Assembly: GCA_026417295.1 (NCBI GenBank)
Contig: JAOADN010000007.1
Span: 224-64,223, forward strand
Origin: Paracoccaceae bacterium
GTDB lineage: Bacteria > Pseudomonadota > Alphaproteobacteria > Rhodobacterales > Rhodobacteraceae
Length of the DNA stretch: 64,000 nucleotides
Reading direction: 5' to 3'
The notes under the pieces: generated by a model
What the model was told of the DNA's origin: nothing
Database searches by the model: none
The model's input: the letters and a program-made list of their open reading frames with translations, nothing else
Made by a program: the position numbers and the translations under genes
Part shown: in pieces, positions 9,415-17,737 of the stretch
Numbering within the stretch: the stretch's first letter is position 1
Layout of the letters: the number at the start of each line of letters is the position of its first letter

Positions 9415-9549
9415 CGGCCTGCGGGGGCGGGCGCGGCAAGGCGGGGCCGCCGCGGGGGGAACTGCGGGCGGGCCGGACGGGCCGGACGGGCGGGACGGAC
9501 GGGCCGGGCGGGACGGACGGTTTTCGATGGGTTGAGAGAGGGCAGGGGA

Positions 9550-10719
9550 ATGCGACTGGATTTCTTCCGGCGCCGGACACCGGCCGGCGAACGCAAGGCA
9601 TCGGGCCTGCGGCCGATGATCGCGGCGGGGCCGGCGGGGCGCGCGGTGTGGAGTGCGCGGGACGTGCCGTCCCTGATCCGCAACGGATTTGCCGGCAATC
9701 CGATCGGCTTCCGCTGCGTGAAGCTGATCGCCGAGGCGGCGGCGGCGATTCCGCTGGTCTGCCAGGACGCGCATCGCCGCTACGAGACGCATCCGGTCCT
9801 CGAGCTGATGCGCCGCCCGAACCCCCTTCAGGGCCGCGCCGACCTGCTGGAGGCCCTGTTCGGCCAGCTTGTCCTGAGCGGCAACGGCTATCTGGAGGCG
9901 GTGGGCGAGGAGGGCCTGCCGCGCGAGCTGCACGTCCTGCGGTCGGACCGGATGAGCCTGGTCCCGGGCGCCGACGGTTGGCCGGTCGCCTATGACTACG
10001 CGGTGGGATCGCGGCGTATCCGCTTCGACGCGACGGGGCCGCGGCAGGCGATCTGCCATGTCCGCAGCTTCCACCCGCTGGACGACCATTACGGGCTTGC
10101 GCCGGTGCAGGCGGCGGCAGTTTCGATCGACGTGCACAACAGCGCCTCGACCTGGTCCAAGGCGCTGCTCGACAACGCGGCGCGGCCCTCGGGGGCGATC
10201 GTCTACCGGGCGGCGGAGGGCCAGCCGCATCTTTCGGCCGAGCAGTACGACCGGCTGGTGGCCGAGATGGAGGCGATGCACCAGGGGGCGCGCAACGCCG
10301 GGCGCCCGATGCTTCTGGAAGGAGGGCTGGACTGGAAGCCCATGGGGTTCTCGCCTTCGGACATGGAGTTCCAGAAGACCAAGGAGGCGGCGGCACGCGA
10401 GATCGCCATCGCCTTCGGCGTGCCGCCGATGCTGCTGGGCCTGCCGGGGGATGCGACCTATGCCAACTACCAGGAGGCCAACCGGGCCCTCTATCGCCTG
10501 ACGGTCCTGCCGCTGGCGACGCGGGTGGCGGCGGCGGTCTCGCACTGGCTTTCGGGCTTCATCGACGAACCGGTGGAGCTGCGCCCGGACCTGGACCAGA
10601 TCCCGGCGCTGGCCTCCGAGCGCGACCAGCAATGGGCGCGCGTCGGTGCGGCCGATTTCCTGACCGGGGCGGAGAAGCGCACGCTGCTCGGCCTGCCGCG
10701 CCTGCCCGAGGGTGGATGA
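9550..10719 (+). CDS. GTA g3, portal protein (HK97 family)
   Basis: About 389 aa. ATG 9550 lies behind GAGAGAGGGCAGGGGA. Portal-like motifs include NPIGFRCVKLIAEA and FGVPPMLLGLPGDATYANYQEANRA. Confidence 0.9.
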   Translation: MRLDFFRRRTPAGERKASGLRPMIAAGPAGRAVWSARDVPSLIRNGFAGNPIGFRCVKLIAEAAAAIPLVCQDAHRRYETHPVLELMRRPNPLQGRADLLEALFGQLVLSGNGYLEAVGEEGLPRELHVLRSDRMSLVPGADGWPVAYDYAVGSRRIRFDATGPRQAICHVRSFHPLDDHYGLAPVQAAAVSIDVHNSASTWSKALLDNAARPSGAIVYRAAEGQPHLSAEQYDRLVAEMEAMHQGARNAGRPMLLEGGLDWKPMGFSPSDMEFQKTKEAAAREIAIAFGVPPMLLGLPGDATYANYQEANRALYRLTVLPLATRVAAAVSHWLSGFIDEPVELRPDLDQIPALASERDQQWARVGAADFLTGAEKRTLLGLPRLPEGG

Positions 10720-10961
10720 TGGCGGCTTCCCAGGGAGGTTCGAGATACCTCAAGCAGCCCTTCGACTATGCCCATGAGCTGCGCTTCGAGACGACGGAAC
10801 GGATCATGGCGATGCAGTTCACGACCGTCGAGCGGCGGCTCGAGCGGATCGAGGAGATGATCGGCAGCGTCGAGCGGCGGCTCTGGGTGATGGTCTTCGG
10901 CGTGGTCGGCGTGATCCTGACCGAGGGCGTGCAGTCGATCCTGAGCTACGTACCGAGATGA
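10716..10961 (+). CDS. GTA g3.5-like small protein
   Basis: 81 aa. Its ATGATG start overlaps the portal stop, its stop overlaps the g4 start (ATGA), and it has a C-terminal hydrophobic helix LWVMVFGVVGVILT. Confidence 0.5.
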   Translation: MMAASQGGSRYLKQPFDYAHELRFETTERIMAMQFTTVERRLERIEEMIGSVERRLWVMVFGVVGVILTEGVQSILSYVPR

Positions 10962-11512
10962 GGGGCGGCATGAGCGGGCAACTGGAGACGAAGTTCGCCG
11001 GGTTCGGCGCAGGGCTGACGGCCGACGGGGTGACGATCGCGGGCTATGCCTCGCTGTTCGGCATTGCCGACCAGTCGGGCGACGTGGTGGCACGGGGGGC
11101 CTATGCGCGGTCGCTGGCGGCGCTGGAAGGCGCCGGCCGCAGCGTCAAGATGCTGTGGCAGCACGACGCCGCCGAGCCGATCGGGGTATGGGACGAGGTG
11201 CGGGAGGACGCGCGCGGCCTCTGGGTCCGGGGGCGCCTGCTGCAGGAGGTGGGGCGGGCGCGCGAGGCGGCGGCGCTGATCGCCGCGGGCGCCATCGACG
11301 GGCTGTCGATCGGCTACCGGACGGTGGTCGCCGAGCGTGACGCGGAGGGCCGGCGGATGCTGCGGGACCTCGACCTGTGGGAGGTGTCGGTGGTGACCTT
11401 CCCGATGCTGCCGGAGGCCCGCGTCGGCGCGGGGCAGGCCGCGCAGGACATGAAGGCCACGGCGGAACTTGTGGAGCGGGCGCGCCGGGAGATCGGCGCG
11501 CTGCGGATCTGA
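10958..11512 (+). CDS. GTA g4, HK97-family prohead protease
   Basis: 184 aa with FAGYASLFGIADQSGDVVARGAY...MLWQHD...GLSIGY...DLWEVSVVTFP, typical of prohead proteases. Confidence 0.9.
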   Translation: MRGGMSGQLETKFAGFGAGLTADGVTIAGYASLFGIADQSGDVVARGAYARSLAALEGAGRSVKMLWQHDAAEPIGVWDEVREDARGLWVRGRLLQEVGRAREAAALIAAGAIDGLSIGYRTVVAERDAEGRRMLRDLDLWEVSVVTFPMLPEARVGAGQAAQDMKATAELVERARREIGALRI

Positions 11513-11541
11513 GCGCAACCAAGCGGGAAAGGTGGACGAAG

Positions 11542-12732
11542 ATGACCGGGAACATCTCTCGGAACGGGGAAGGTGCGGCCGGGGCGCCGGCAGAAGTGAC
11601 GCGGGCGCTGGACGGCCTGATGGCGGAGGTCCGCGCCTTCCAGAGCGGAATCTCGAGCAAACTCAAGCAACAGGAAGACCGGATGGCGATGCTTCTGCAG
11701 AAATCGACGGCGGCCGCCGGGCGGCCCGTGCTTTCCGCGCAGTCCGATGCCGGCGCCCCGCACCGCAAGGCCTTTGCGGCCTATCTGCGCACGGGCGACG
11801 ACGACGCGCTGCGCGGCCTTTCGCTGGAGGAAAAGGGCCTGTCCACCGCCGTCGCGGCGGATGGCGGGTTCCTGGTGGCCCCGGAGATCGCCGACCGGAT
11901 CCAGTCGGTCCTGCGCTCGACCGCCTCGCTGCGCTCGGTCGCCAATGTCGTGAATGTCGAGGCGACGAGCTACGACGTGATCGTGGACAGGACCGAGCTG
12001 GGCAGCGGCTGGGCGACCGAAACGGCCGCGGCGGCAGAGACCGCGACCCCGGTGATCGAACGCATCTCGATCCGGCTGCACGAGCTGTCGGCGATGCCCA
12101 AGGCCTCGCAGCGGCTTCTGGACGACGCGGCCTTCGACGTCGAGGGCTGGCTTGCCGAGCGCATCGCCAACCGCTTCACGCGGGCGGAGGCGGCGGCCTT
12201 CGTCAGCGGCGACGGGGTGGACAAGCCGAAGGGCTTCCTGGCCTATCCCAAGGTGGCCGACGGGTCCTGGGCCTGGGGATCGCTGGGCTATGTCGCCACC
12301 GGCGCGGCAGGCGACTTCAACGCCACCAAGCCGTCCGACGCGCTGGTGGACCTGGTCTATGCGCTGAATGCCGACTATCGCGCGAATGCGGTCTTCGTGA
12401 TGAATTCCAAGACCACCGGCGCGGTGCGCAAGATGAAGGATGCCGACGGGCGGTTCCTGTGGTCGGACGGGCTGACCAACGGCGAGCCGGCGCGGCTTCT
12501 GGGCTATCCGGTGCTGGTGGCCGAGGACATGCCGGACATCGCCGCGAACGCCTATGCGGTGGCCTTCGGGGATTTCCGGGCCGGCTACACGATCGCGGAG
12601 CGGCCCGACCTGCGGGTGCTGCGCGATCCGTTCTCGGCCAAGCCGCATGTGCTGTTCTATGCCTCAAAGCGGGTCGGCGGCGACGTGAGCGACTTTGCCG
12701 CGATCAAGCTGCTGAAGTTCGCCCTGTCCTGA
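11542..12732 (+). CDS. GTA g5, HK97-family major capsid protein
   Basis: 396 aa from ATG 11542, behind GGAAAGGTGGA. Capsid-like segments include GGFLVAPE, LGYPVLVAEDMP and a C-terminal ...AAIKLLKFA. Confidence 0.92.
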   Translation: MTGNISRNGEGAAGAPAEVTRALDGLMAEVRAFQSGISSKLKQQEDRMAMLLQKSTAAAGRPVLSAQSDAGAPHRKAFAAYLRTGDDDALRGLSLEEKGLSTAVAADGGFLVAPEIADRIQSVLRSTASLRSVANVVNVEATSYDVIVDRTELGSGWATETAAAAETATPVIERISIRLHELSAMPKASQRLLDDAAFDVEGWLAERIANRFTRAEAAAFVSGDGVDKPKGFLAYPKVADGSWAWGSLGYVATGAAGDFNATKPSDALVDLVYALNADYRANAVFVMNSKTTGAVRKMKDADGRFLWSDGLTNGEPARLLGYPVLVAEDMPDIAANAYAVAFGDFRAGYTIAERPDLRVLRDPFSAKPHVLFYASKRVGGDVSDFAAIKLLKFALS

Positions 12733-12746
12733 CGGGCGCCCCTGGC

Positions 12747-12787
12747 GGGGCCTCCGGCGGCGCGGGGCGCGCCCGGCCGGAGGCCCC
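12747..12787 (+). promoter_or_regulatory. long GC stem-loop immediately after the capsid gene (no U-tract)
   Basis: GGGGCCTCCGGCGGCGCG-GGG-CGCGCCCGCCGGAGGCCCC forms about 18 bp with one bulged base. It lies 15 nt after the g5 stop. Confidence 0.55.
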
Positions 12788-12814
12788 TGCGGCAAGTCCA
12801 TCGGGAGAACGAGC

Positions 12815-13414
12815 ATGATTCTTAGCGAAGTGGCGCCCGTACCGACGGGCAGCCTGCCCACGGTGCTGCTGCGGGACCACCTGCGTCTGGGCAGCGGGTT
12901 CGCGGACGATGCGGTGCAGGACGGGCTTCTGGCCGGGCAGCTGCGGGCGGCGCTGGCGGCGATCGAGGGCCTGACCGGCAAGGCGATCCTCGCGCGGCAG
13001 ATGCGGCTTGTCGTGCATGACTGGGACGGTGCTGCGGGCCTCTGCCTGCCGGTGGCGCCGGTGGGCAGCGTGCAGGCGGTGACGCTGCGGGACCGGACGG
13101 GCGCGGGCAGCGTGCTGGATCCGGGAAGCTACTGGCTGCGGCAGGACGCCCATGTGCCGGCGATCCTGCCCGTGGCGGCCTATCTGCCGGCCCTGCCCCC
13201 TGGCGGCTCGGCCGAGATCCTGTTCCTGGCGGGCTGGCCGGACTGGGCCGCGGTGCCGCCCGACCTGGCGCAGGCGGTTCTGCTGCTGGCGGCCCATTAC
13301 CACGAACAGCGCCATGCGGCGGGCGAGGCCGGGGCGCCGGTTCCCTTCGGCATCGGGGCCCTGGTGGCGCGCTGGCGGCGGCTGCGCCTGACGGCCGGCG
13401 GAGGCGGGCAATGA
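12815..13414 (+). CDS. GTA g6, head-tail connector (gp6-like)
   Basis: 199 aa, at the position after the capsid gene. The stop overlaps the g7 start (ATGA). Confidence 0.8.
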   Translation: MILSEVAPVPTGSLPTVLLRDHLRLGSGFADDAVQDGLLAGQLRAALAAIEGLTGKAILARQMRLVVHDWDGAAGLCLPVAPVGSVQAVTLRDRTGAGSVLDPGSYWLRQDAHVPAILPVAAYLPALPPGGSAEILFLAGWPDWAAVPPDLAQAVLLLAAHYHEQRHAAGEAGAPVPFGIGALVARWRRLRLTAGGGGQ

Positions 13415-13746
13415 CGCGGCCGCTGTCGCGCCGGCTGGTGCTGGAGAGCCCGCAGCGGATCCACGACGGCGGCGGAGGATCGCGGCTGTCCTGGGTGGCG
13501 CTCGGCGTGCTGTGGGGCGAGATCACGGCCCATGCGGGCAGCGAGGGGCCGGGGCCGGGCAGCACGCAGTCCGCCGTCACCTGCCGGATCAGGGTGCGTG
13601 CGGGCAAGCCCGGCTCGCCCTCGCGGCCGCGGCCCGAGCAGCGCTTCCGCGAGGGCAACCGGGTCTTCACGATCCGCGCCGTCGCCGAGGCCGATCCGCG
13701 GGGCCGCTACCTGACCTGCTTCGCAGTCGAGGAGACGCGATCGTGA
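13411..13746 (+). CDS. GTA g7, head-tail adaptor / head closure protein
   Basis: 111 aa with FREGNRVFTIRAV, typical of SPP1 gp16-like adaptors. Confidence 0.8.
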   Translation: MTRPLSRRLVLESPQRIHDGGGGSRLSWVALGVLWGEITAHAGSEGPGPGSTQSAVTCRIRVRAGKPGSPSRPRPEQRFREGNRVFTIRAVAEADPRGRYLTCFAVEETRS

Positions 13747-14150
13747 GCTATGGCCCATCGAGCGCCCTTCAGGCGGCGATCTACCAGCGCCTGACGGGCG
13801 ATGCGGCGCTGGCCGCCCTGGTGGGCGGCGGCATCTATGACAGCGTGCCGCCCGGCGACACGACCGGCACCTATGTCGCGATCGGCGCCGAGGAGGTGCG
13901 CGACGCCTCGACCAAGACCGGACGGGGCGCGGTGCACGAACTGTCGGTCACCGTGGTCACGGACGAGGCGGGCTTCACCGCCGCGAAGACCGTGGCAGGC
14001 GCAGTGTCGGATGCGCTGACCGGCGCCAGCCTGGTTCTGGCCCGGGGGCGGCTGGTCGGCATCTGGTTCCTGCGCGCGGTGGCGCGACGGGACGGCGACG
14101 GGACGCGGCGGCGGATCGACCTGGTCTTCCGCGCGCGCACCGAGGATTGA
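13743..14150 (+). CDS. GTA g8, DUF3168 tail-completion protein
   Basis: GTG 13743 overlaps the g7 stop (GTGA). 135 aa with ALQAAIYQRLTGDAALAALVGGGIYDSVP, typical of DUF3168. Confidence 0.75.
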   Translation: MSYGPSSALQAAIYQRLTGDAALAALVGGGIYDSVPPGDTTGTYVAIGAEEVRDASTKTGRGAVHELSVTVVTDEAGFTAAKTVAGAVSDALTGASLVLARGRLVGIWFLRAVARRDGDGTRRRIDLVFRARTED

Positions 14151-14171
14151 CCCAAGGAAGGATGAGGCGAG

Positions 14172-14585
14172 ATGGCGGCGCAGAGCGGCAGGGACCTTTT
14201 GCTGAAGCTGGATCTGAACGGGGACGGGCAGTTCGCAACCATCGCCGGCCTGCGGGCGACGAGGATCAGCTTCAACACGGAAACCGTTGATGTGACGAAC
14301 CTTTCGAGTGCCGGCGGCTGGCGCGAGCTGCTTGGCGGTGCGGGGGTGCGGTCGGCTTCGGTGTCCGGTTCCGGCGTCTTCATGGATGCCGACACGGATG
14401 CGCGGGCAAGGCAGATCTTCTTCGACGGCACGATCGGCCGCTGGCAGGTGATCGTACCCGCCTTCGGCGTGATCGAGGGGCCGTTCCAGCTGACCGCGCT
14501 GGACTATGCGGGAAGCTACAACGGAGAGGCGACCTATGAGCTGTCGCTGGCCTCGGCGGGCGAGCTGACCTTCACCGGGACCTGA
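14172..14585 (+). CDS. GTA g9, major tail (tube) protein, TP901-1 family
   Basis: 137 aa with GRDLLLKLDLNGDGQFATIAGLRATRISFN... Confidence 0.85.
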   Translation: MAAQSGRDLLLKLDLNGDGQFATIAGLRATRISFNTETVDVTNLSSAGGWRELLGGAGVRSASVSGSGVFMDADTDARARQIFFDGTIGRWQVIVPAFGVIEGPFQLTALDYAGSYNGEATYELSLASAGELTFTGT

Positions 14586-14586
14586 T

Positions 14587-14931
14587 ATGGCCAATCCCTG
14601 GGCAGGCGAGGCGGAGATCGTGATCGGCGGCGTGCCGCATGTCGCGCGGCTGACGCTGGGTGCGCTGGCCGAACTGGAGGAGGCGCTGGGGGAGGGCGGC
14701 CTGGTCGGCCTGGTCGAGCGCTTCGAGTCCGGGCGCTTCTCGGCGCGCGACGTGCTGCGGCTTCTGGCGGCGGGACTGAGGGGAGGCGGATGGACGGGGA
14801 CGGAGGCGGACCTCGCGCGGGCGGAGATCGCCGGCGGGGTGATCGAGGCATCGCGGACGGCGGCGCGGCTTCTGGCGCTGGCCTTCCGCATGCCGGAGGC
14901 GCCGGACGCCGGTTCGACTGGCCGGGGCTGA
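14587..14931 (+). CDS. GTA g10, tail assembly chaperone-like protein
   Basis: 114 aa, at the position between the tube and tape-measure genes. The N-terminus NPWAGEAEIVIGGVPHVARLTLGALAELEE is GTA-family-like. Confidence 0.75.
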   Translation: MANPWAGEAEIVIGGVPHVARLTLGALAELEEALGEGGLVGLVERFESGRFSARDVLRLLAAGLRGGGWTGTEADLARAEIAGGVIEASRTAARLLALAFRMPEAPDAGSTGRG

Positions 14932-15098
14932 TGCGGATCGGCATCGGGGAGCTGCGGCTGCGGCCGGCCGAATTCTGGGCGATGACCCCGGCGGAGTTCC
15001 TGCTGGCGGCGGGCCGCATGCCGGCGGTGGCGCCGATGGACCGGGCGCGGCTCGAGGCGCTGGCCCGGCAATGGCCGGACGGAGGCAAGGGCGGATGA
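14931..15098 (+). CDS. GTA g10.1-like small protein
   Basis: 55 aa. ATG 14931 overlaps the g10 stop (TGATG), and the stop overlaps the g11 start (ATGA). Contains LRLRPAEFWAMTPAEF. Confidence 0.55.
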   Translation: MRIGIGELRLRPAEFWAMTPAEFLLAAGRMPAVAPMDRARLEALARQWPDGGKGG

Positions 15099-15757
15099 GC
15101 GGAATCGACATCGACGGGCTGGACAGGTTCGCCAGCGACACCGAGGCGCTGGCCGAGGGGCTGGAGGGGGCGGCGGCCATGACGGCGAGCTTCGATGCGG
15201 AGCTGCGCCGGATGCGCGACAGCCTGGGCGCCGCCGGGCGGGAGGCTTCGGCCCTTTCCTCGGGCATCACGCGCGGCGTCGCGCGCGCCTTCGACGGCCT
15301 CGTGATGGACGGGATGCGCCTCAGCGATGCCTTCAGGACGGTGGGGCAGTCGATCGTCGACACGATCTATGCGATCGCGATGAAGCCGGTCGAGACGGCG
15401 CTGGGCGGTGCCATAGCGGGCGGCATCTCGGCGGTGATGGGCGGCCTCATGCCGTTTGCGCAGGGGGGCGCCTTCTCGCAGGGGCATGTGCTGCCCTTCG
15501 CCCGCGGCGGCGTCGTCACTGCGCCCACGACCTTTCCGCTGCGCGGCGGGCGCGGGCTGATGGGCGAGGCGGGACCCGAGGCGATCCTGCCGCTTGCCCG
15601 CGGCGCGGACGGCCGCCTCGGCGTGCGGGCCGCGGGGGGCGGGACGTCCGTCGTGGTCAACATCACGACGCCCGATGTCGCCGGCTTCCGGCGCAGCGAG
15701 GGCCAGATCGCCGCGGCGCTGGCGCGGGCGGTCGCGCGCGGCGAGGCGATGGGCTAG
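15095..15757 (+). CDS. GTA g11, short tape measure protein
   Basis: 220 aa from ATG 15095 (the ORF is open from 15071). Gly-rich with GGVVTAPTTFPLRGGRGLMGEAGPEAILPL. Confidence 0.8.
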   Translation: MSGIDIDGLDRFASDTEALAEGLEGAAAMTASFDAELRRMRDSLGAAGREASALSSGITRGVARAFDGLVMDGMRLSDAFRTVGQSIVDTIYAIAMKPVETALGGAIAGGISAVMGGLMPFAQGGAFSQGHVLPFARGGVVTAPTTFPLRGGRGLMGEAGPEAILPLARGADGRLGVRAAGGGTSVVVNITTPDVAGFRRSEGQIAAALARAVARGEAMG

Positions 15758-15776
15758 GCGAGGCTGGGGACAGGCG

Positions 15777-16409
15777 ATGGGCTTTCACGATGTGCGCTTT
15801 CCGGTCTGGATCAGCCGCGGGTCGAGCGGCGGGCCGGAGCGGCGGACGGAGATCGTCACGCTGGCCAACGGGTTCGAGCAGCGCAATTCCCCCTGGGCGC
15901 ATTCGCGCCGCCGCTACGATGCCGGGATCGGATTGCGCGGGCTGGACGACCTGGCCGAGGTGATCGCCTTCTTCGAGGCACGGCAGGGGCGGCTTCATGC
16001 CTTCCGCTGGAAGGACTGGACCGATTTCAGGTCCTGCGCGCCGGGGCGGCAGCCGGCCTTCGACGATCAGGTGATCGGGACGGGCGACGGCACGACGACC
16101 GCCTTCGGCCTGGTGAAGGCCTATGTCTCGGGGGGCGCCTCCTATCTGCGGCGGATCACGAAGCCCGTCCCCCTGACCGTCCGGGCCGGCCGTTCGGGCC
16201 TGCCGCTTCTGGAGGGGGCGGACTACAGCGTCGATCACGCGACGGGCCGGGTCGTCTTTCCTGCCCCGCCGGCCCCGGGCGAGGTGATCACGGCGGGGTT
16301 CGAGTTCGACGTCCCCGTGCGCTTCGACACGGACGCGCTGCATCTTTCTGCCGCTTCGGTCGAGGCCGGCGAGATCCCGAGCATCCCGGTCATAGAGGTG
16401 CGGTCGTGA
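15777..16409 (+). CDS. GTA g12, DUF2460 distal tail protein
   Basis: 210 aa from ATG 15777. The N-terminus MGFHDVRFPVWISRGSSGGPERRTEIVTLANGFEQRN is the hallmark of DUF2460. Confidence 0.85.
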   Translation: MGFHDVRFPVWISRGSSGGPERRTEIVTLANGFEQRNSPWAHSRRRYDAGIGLRGLDDLAEVIAFFEARQGRLHAFRWKDWTDFRSCAPGRQPAFDDQVIGTGDGTTTAFGLVKAYVSGGASYLRRITKPVPLTVRAGRSGLPLLEGADYSVDHATGRVVFPAPPAPGEVITAGFEFDVPVRFDTDALHLSAASVEAGEIPSIPVIEVRS

Positions 16410-17293
16410 CGGCGGCGCCGGTCTGGCCGGCCTTTGCCGGCGGTGAGGCGACGGTCGCGCGCGCCGTGGCGCTGACGCGCGAGGACGGCGTGACGCTGGG
16501 CTTCACCGATCACGATGCGCCCCTCGTCTTCGAGGGGATCACATTCCGTCCCGAGAGCGGGGCGGATCTTGCGCCCTTTGCGGCGACGACGGGACTGGCG
16601 CCGGACCTTGGCGAACTGGCCGGGGCGCTGCGGTCGGACGCGCTGACTGAGGCCGATCTGGCCGCCGGCCGCTGGGGCGGCGCGGAGGTGCGGGTCTGGC
16701 TGGTGAACTGGGCCGACACCGGCCAGCGGTCGCTGGTGTTCCGCGGGCGGATCGGCGAGGTGAGGCGGGCGGGCCAGGGCTTCGCCGCCGAGCTCAGGGG
16801 GCTTGGCGACATCCTGAACCGGCCGACGGGCCGGGTCTTCCAGCGGGACTGTTCGGCCGTGCTGGGCGATGCCCGCTGCGGCATCGATCTGGACATGCCG
16901 CAGCACTGGCGGGAGGGGACCGTCATCCAGCAGGAGGAGGGAAGGGTCTTCGTCCTGGGGGACGTGCCCGATCCGGCCGAGCGCTGGTTCGAGCGCGGGG
17001 TGATGAAGCTGCTGGACGGCCCGGGTGCGGGCCTGTCGGCCAGCGTCAAGGGCGACCGCTTCGTTGCCGGCGGCGGGCGGCGGATCGAGCTCTGGGAGCC
17101 GGTCGCGGCGGTGGTGCCGCCGGGAGCGAGGGTCAGGCTGGTCGCCGGCTGCGACAGGCGCGCCGGCACCTGCCGGGCCAAGTTCGGGAACCTCGCTAAT
17201 TTCAGGGGCTTTCCGGACATTCCCGGCGAGGACTGGCTGATCGCCTATCCGGTTCCGGGAAGCCGGATGGATGGCGGGAGCCGGCGCAGGTGA
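16406..17293 (+). CDS. GTA g13, DUF2163 / BR0599-domain baseplate hub protein
   Basis: 295 aa with LGFTDHDAPLVFEGITFRP and a C-terminal CDRRAGTCRAKFGNLANFRGFPDIPG. Confidence 0.85.
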   Translation: MTAAPVWPAFAGGEATVARAVALTREDGVTLGFTDHDAPLVFEGITFRPESGADLAPFAATTGLAPDLGELAGALRSDALTEADLAAGRWGGAEVRVWLVNWADTGQRSLVFRGRIGEVRRAGQGFAAELRGLGDILNRPTGRVFQRDCSAVLGDARCGIDLDMPQHWREGTVIQQEEGRVFVLGDVPDPAERWFERGVMKLLDGPGAGLSASVKGDRFVAGGGRRIELWEPVAAVVPPGARVRLVAGCDRRAGTCRAKFGNLANFRGFPDIPGEDWLIAYPVPGSRMDGGSRRR

Positions 17294-17736
17294 CGGTGGG
17301 GGCGGATGACGTGGTGCGGGCCGCGCGGGCCTGGCTGGGCACGCCCTACCGGCACGGCGCCTCGGTGCGGGGTGCGGGGGCCGATTGCCTGGGGCTCGTG
17401 CGGGGGGTCTGGCGCGATGTCCTGGGTGCAGAGCCCGAGGTGCCTGGCCCCTACACGGCCGACTGGGGCGAGCCCGGGCGCGTCGAGATCCTGTGGGAGG
17501 CGGCGGCGCGGCACCTGCTTGCGGTGGCGCCGGGCGCGGAACGGGCCCCGGGCGAGGTGCTGCTGTTCCGCCTGCGCGAGGGCGGGATCGCCAAGCACAT
17601 GGGGATCCTGTCCGTCGCCGGCCCCTCGCCGGCCTTCATCCACAGCTACTCGGGCCATGGCGTCGTCGAGAGCGCCCTGACCGAACCCTGGCGGCGCCGG
17701 CTGGTGGCGCGATTCCGTTTTCCGCAGGAGACCTGA
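17290..17736 (+). CDS. GTA g14, NlpC/P60 cell-wall peptidase
   Basis: 148 aa. WLGTPYRHGASVRGAGADCLGLVRGVW contains the catalytic Cys context. Confidence 0.85.
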   Translation: MTVGADDVVRAARAWLGTPYRHGASVRGAGADCLGLVRGVWRDVLGAEPEVPGPYTADWGEPGRVEILWEAAARHLLAVAPGAERAPGEVLLFRLREGGIAKHMGILSVAGPSPAFIHSYSGHGVVESALTEPWRRRLVARFRFPQET

Positions 17737-17737
17737 G

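Noticed and set aside
7945-10632. 895-aa ORF on the minus strand, antisense to the terminase and portal genes
   Set aside because: The translation is Arg/Pro/Gly/Ala-rich and low-complexity with no recognisable motifs. It lies opposite two genes with clear family signatures. Long antisense ORFs of this kind are a typical artefact of high-GC DNA.
14905-14925. GGTTCGA-type T-loop-like strings (e.g. 14911, 15870, 16298) as tRNA candidates
   Set aside because: All lie inside well-supported GTA coding sequences and lack acceptor or anticodon stem context. I found no tRNA-like cloverleaf in any intergenic region.
14790-15098. Possible programmed -1 frameshift joining g10 to g10.1, like the G/GT tail chaperones of phages
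   Set aside because: g10.1 is indeed in the -1 frame relative to g10, and its frame is open back to 14790. However, I found no X-XXY-YYZ slippery heptamer in the overlap, and a simple TGATG stop/start coupling at 14929-14933 explains the arrangement. I cannot exclude a frameshift without experiment.
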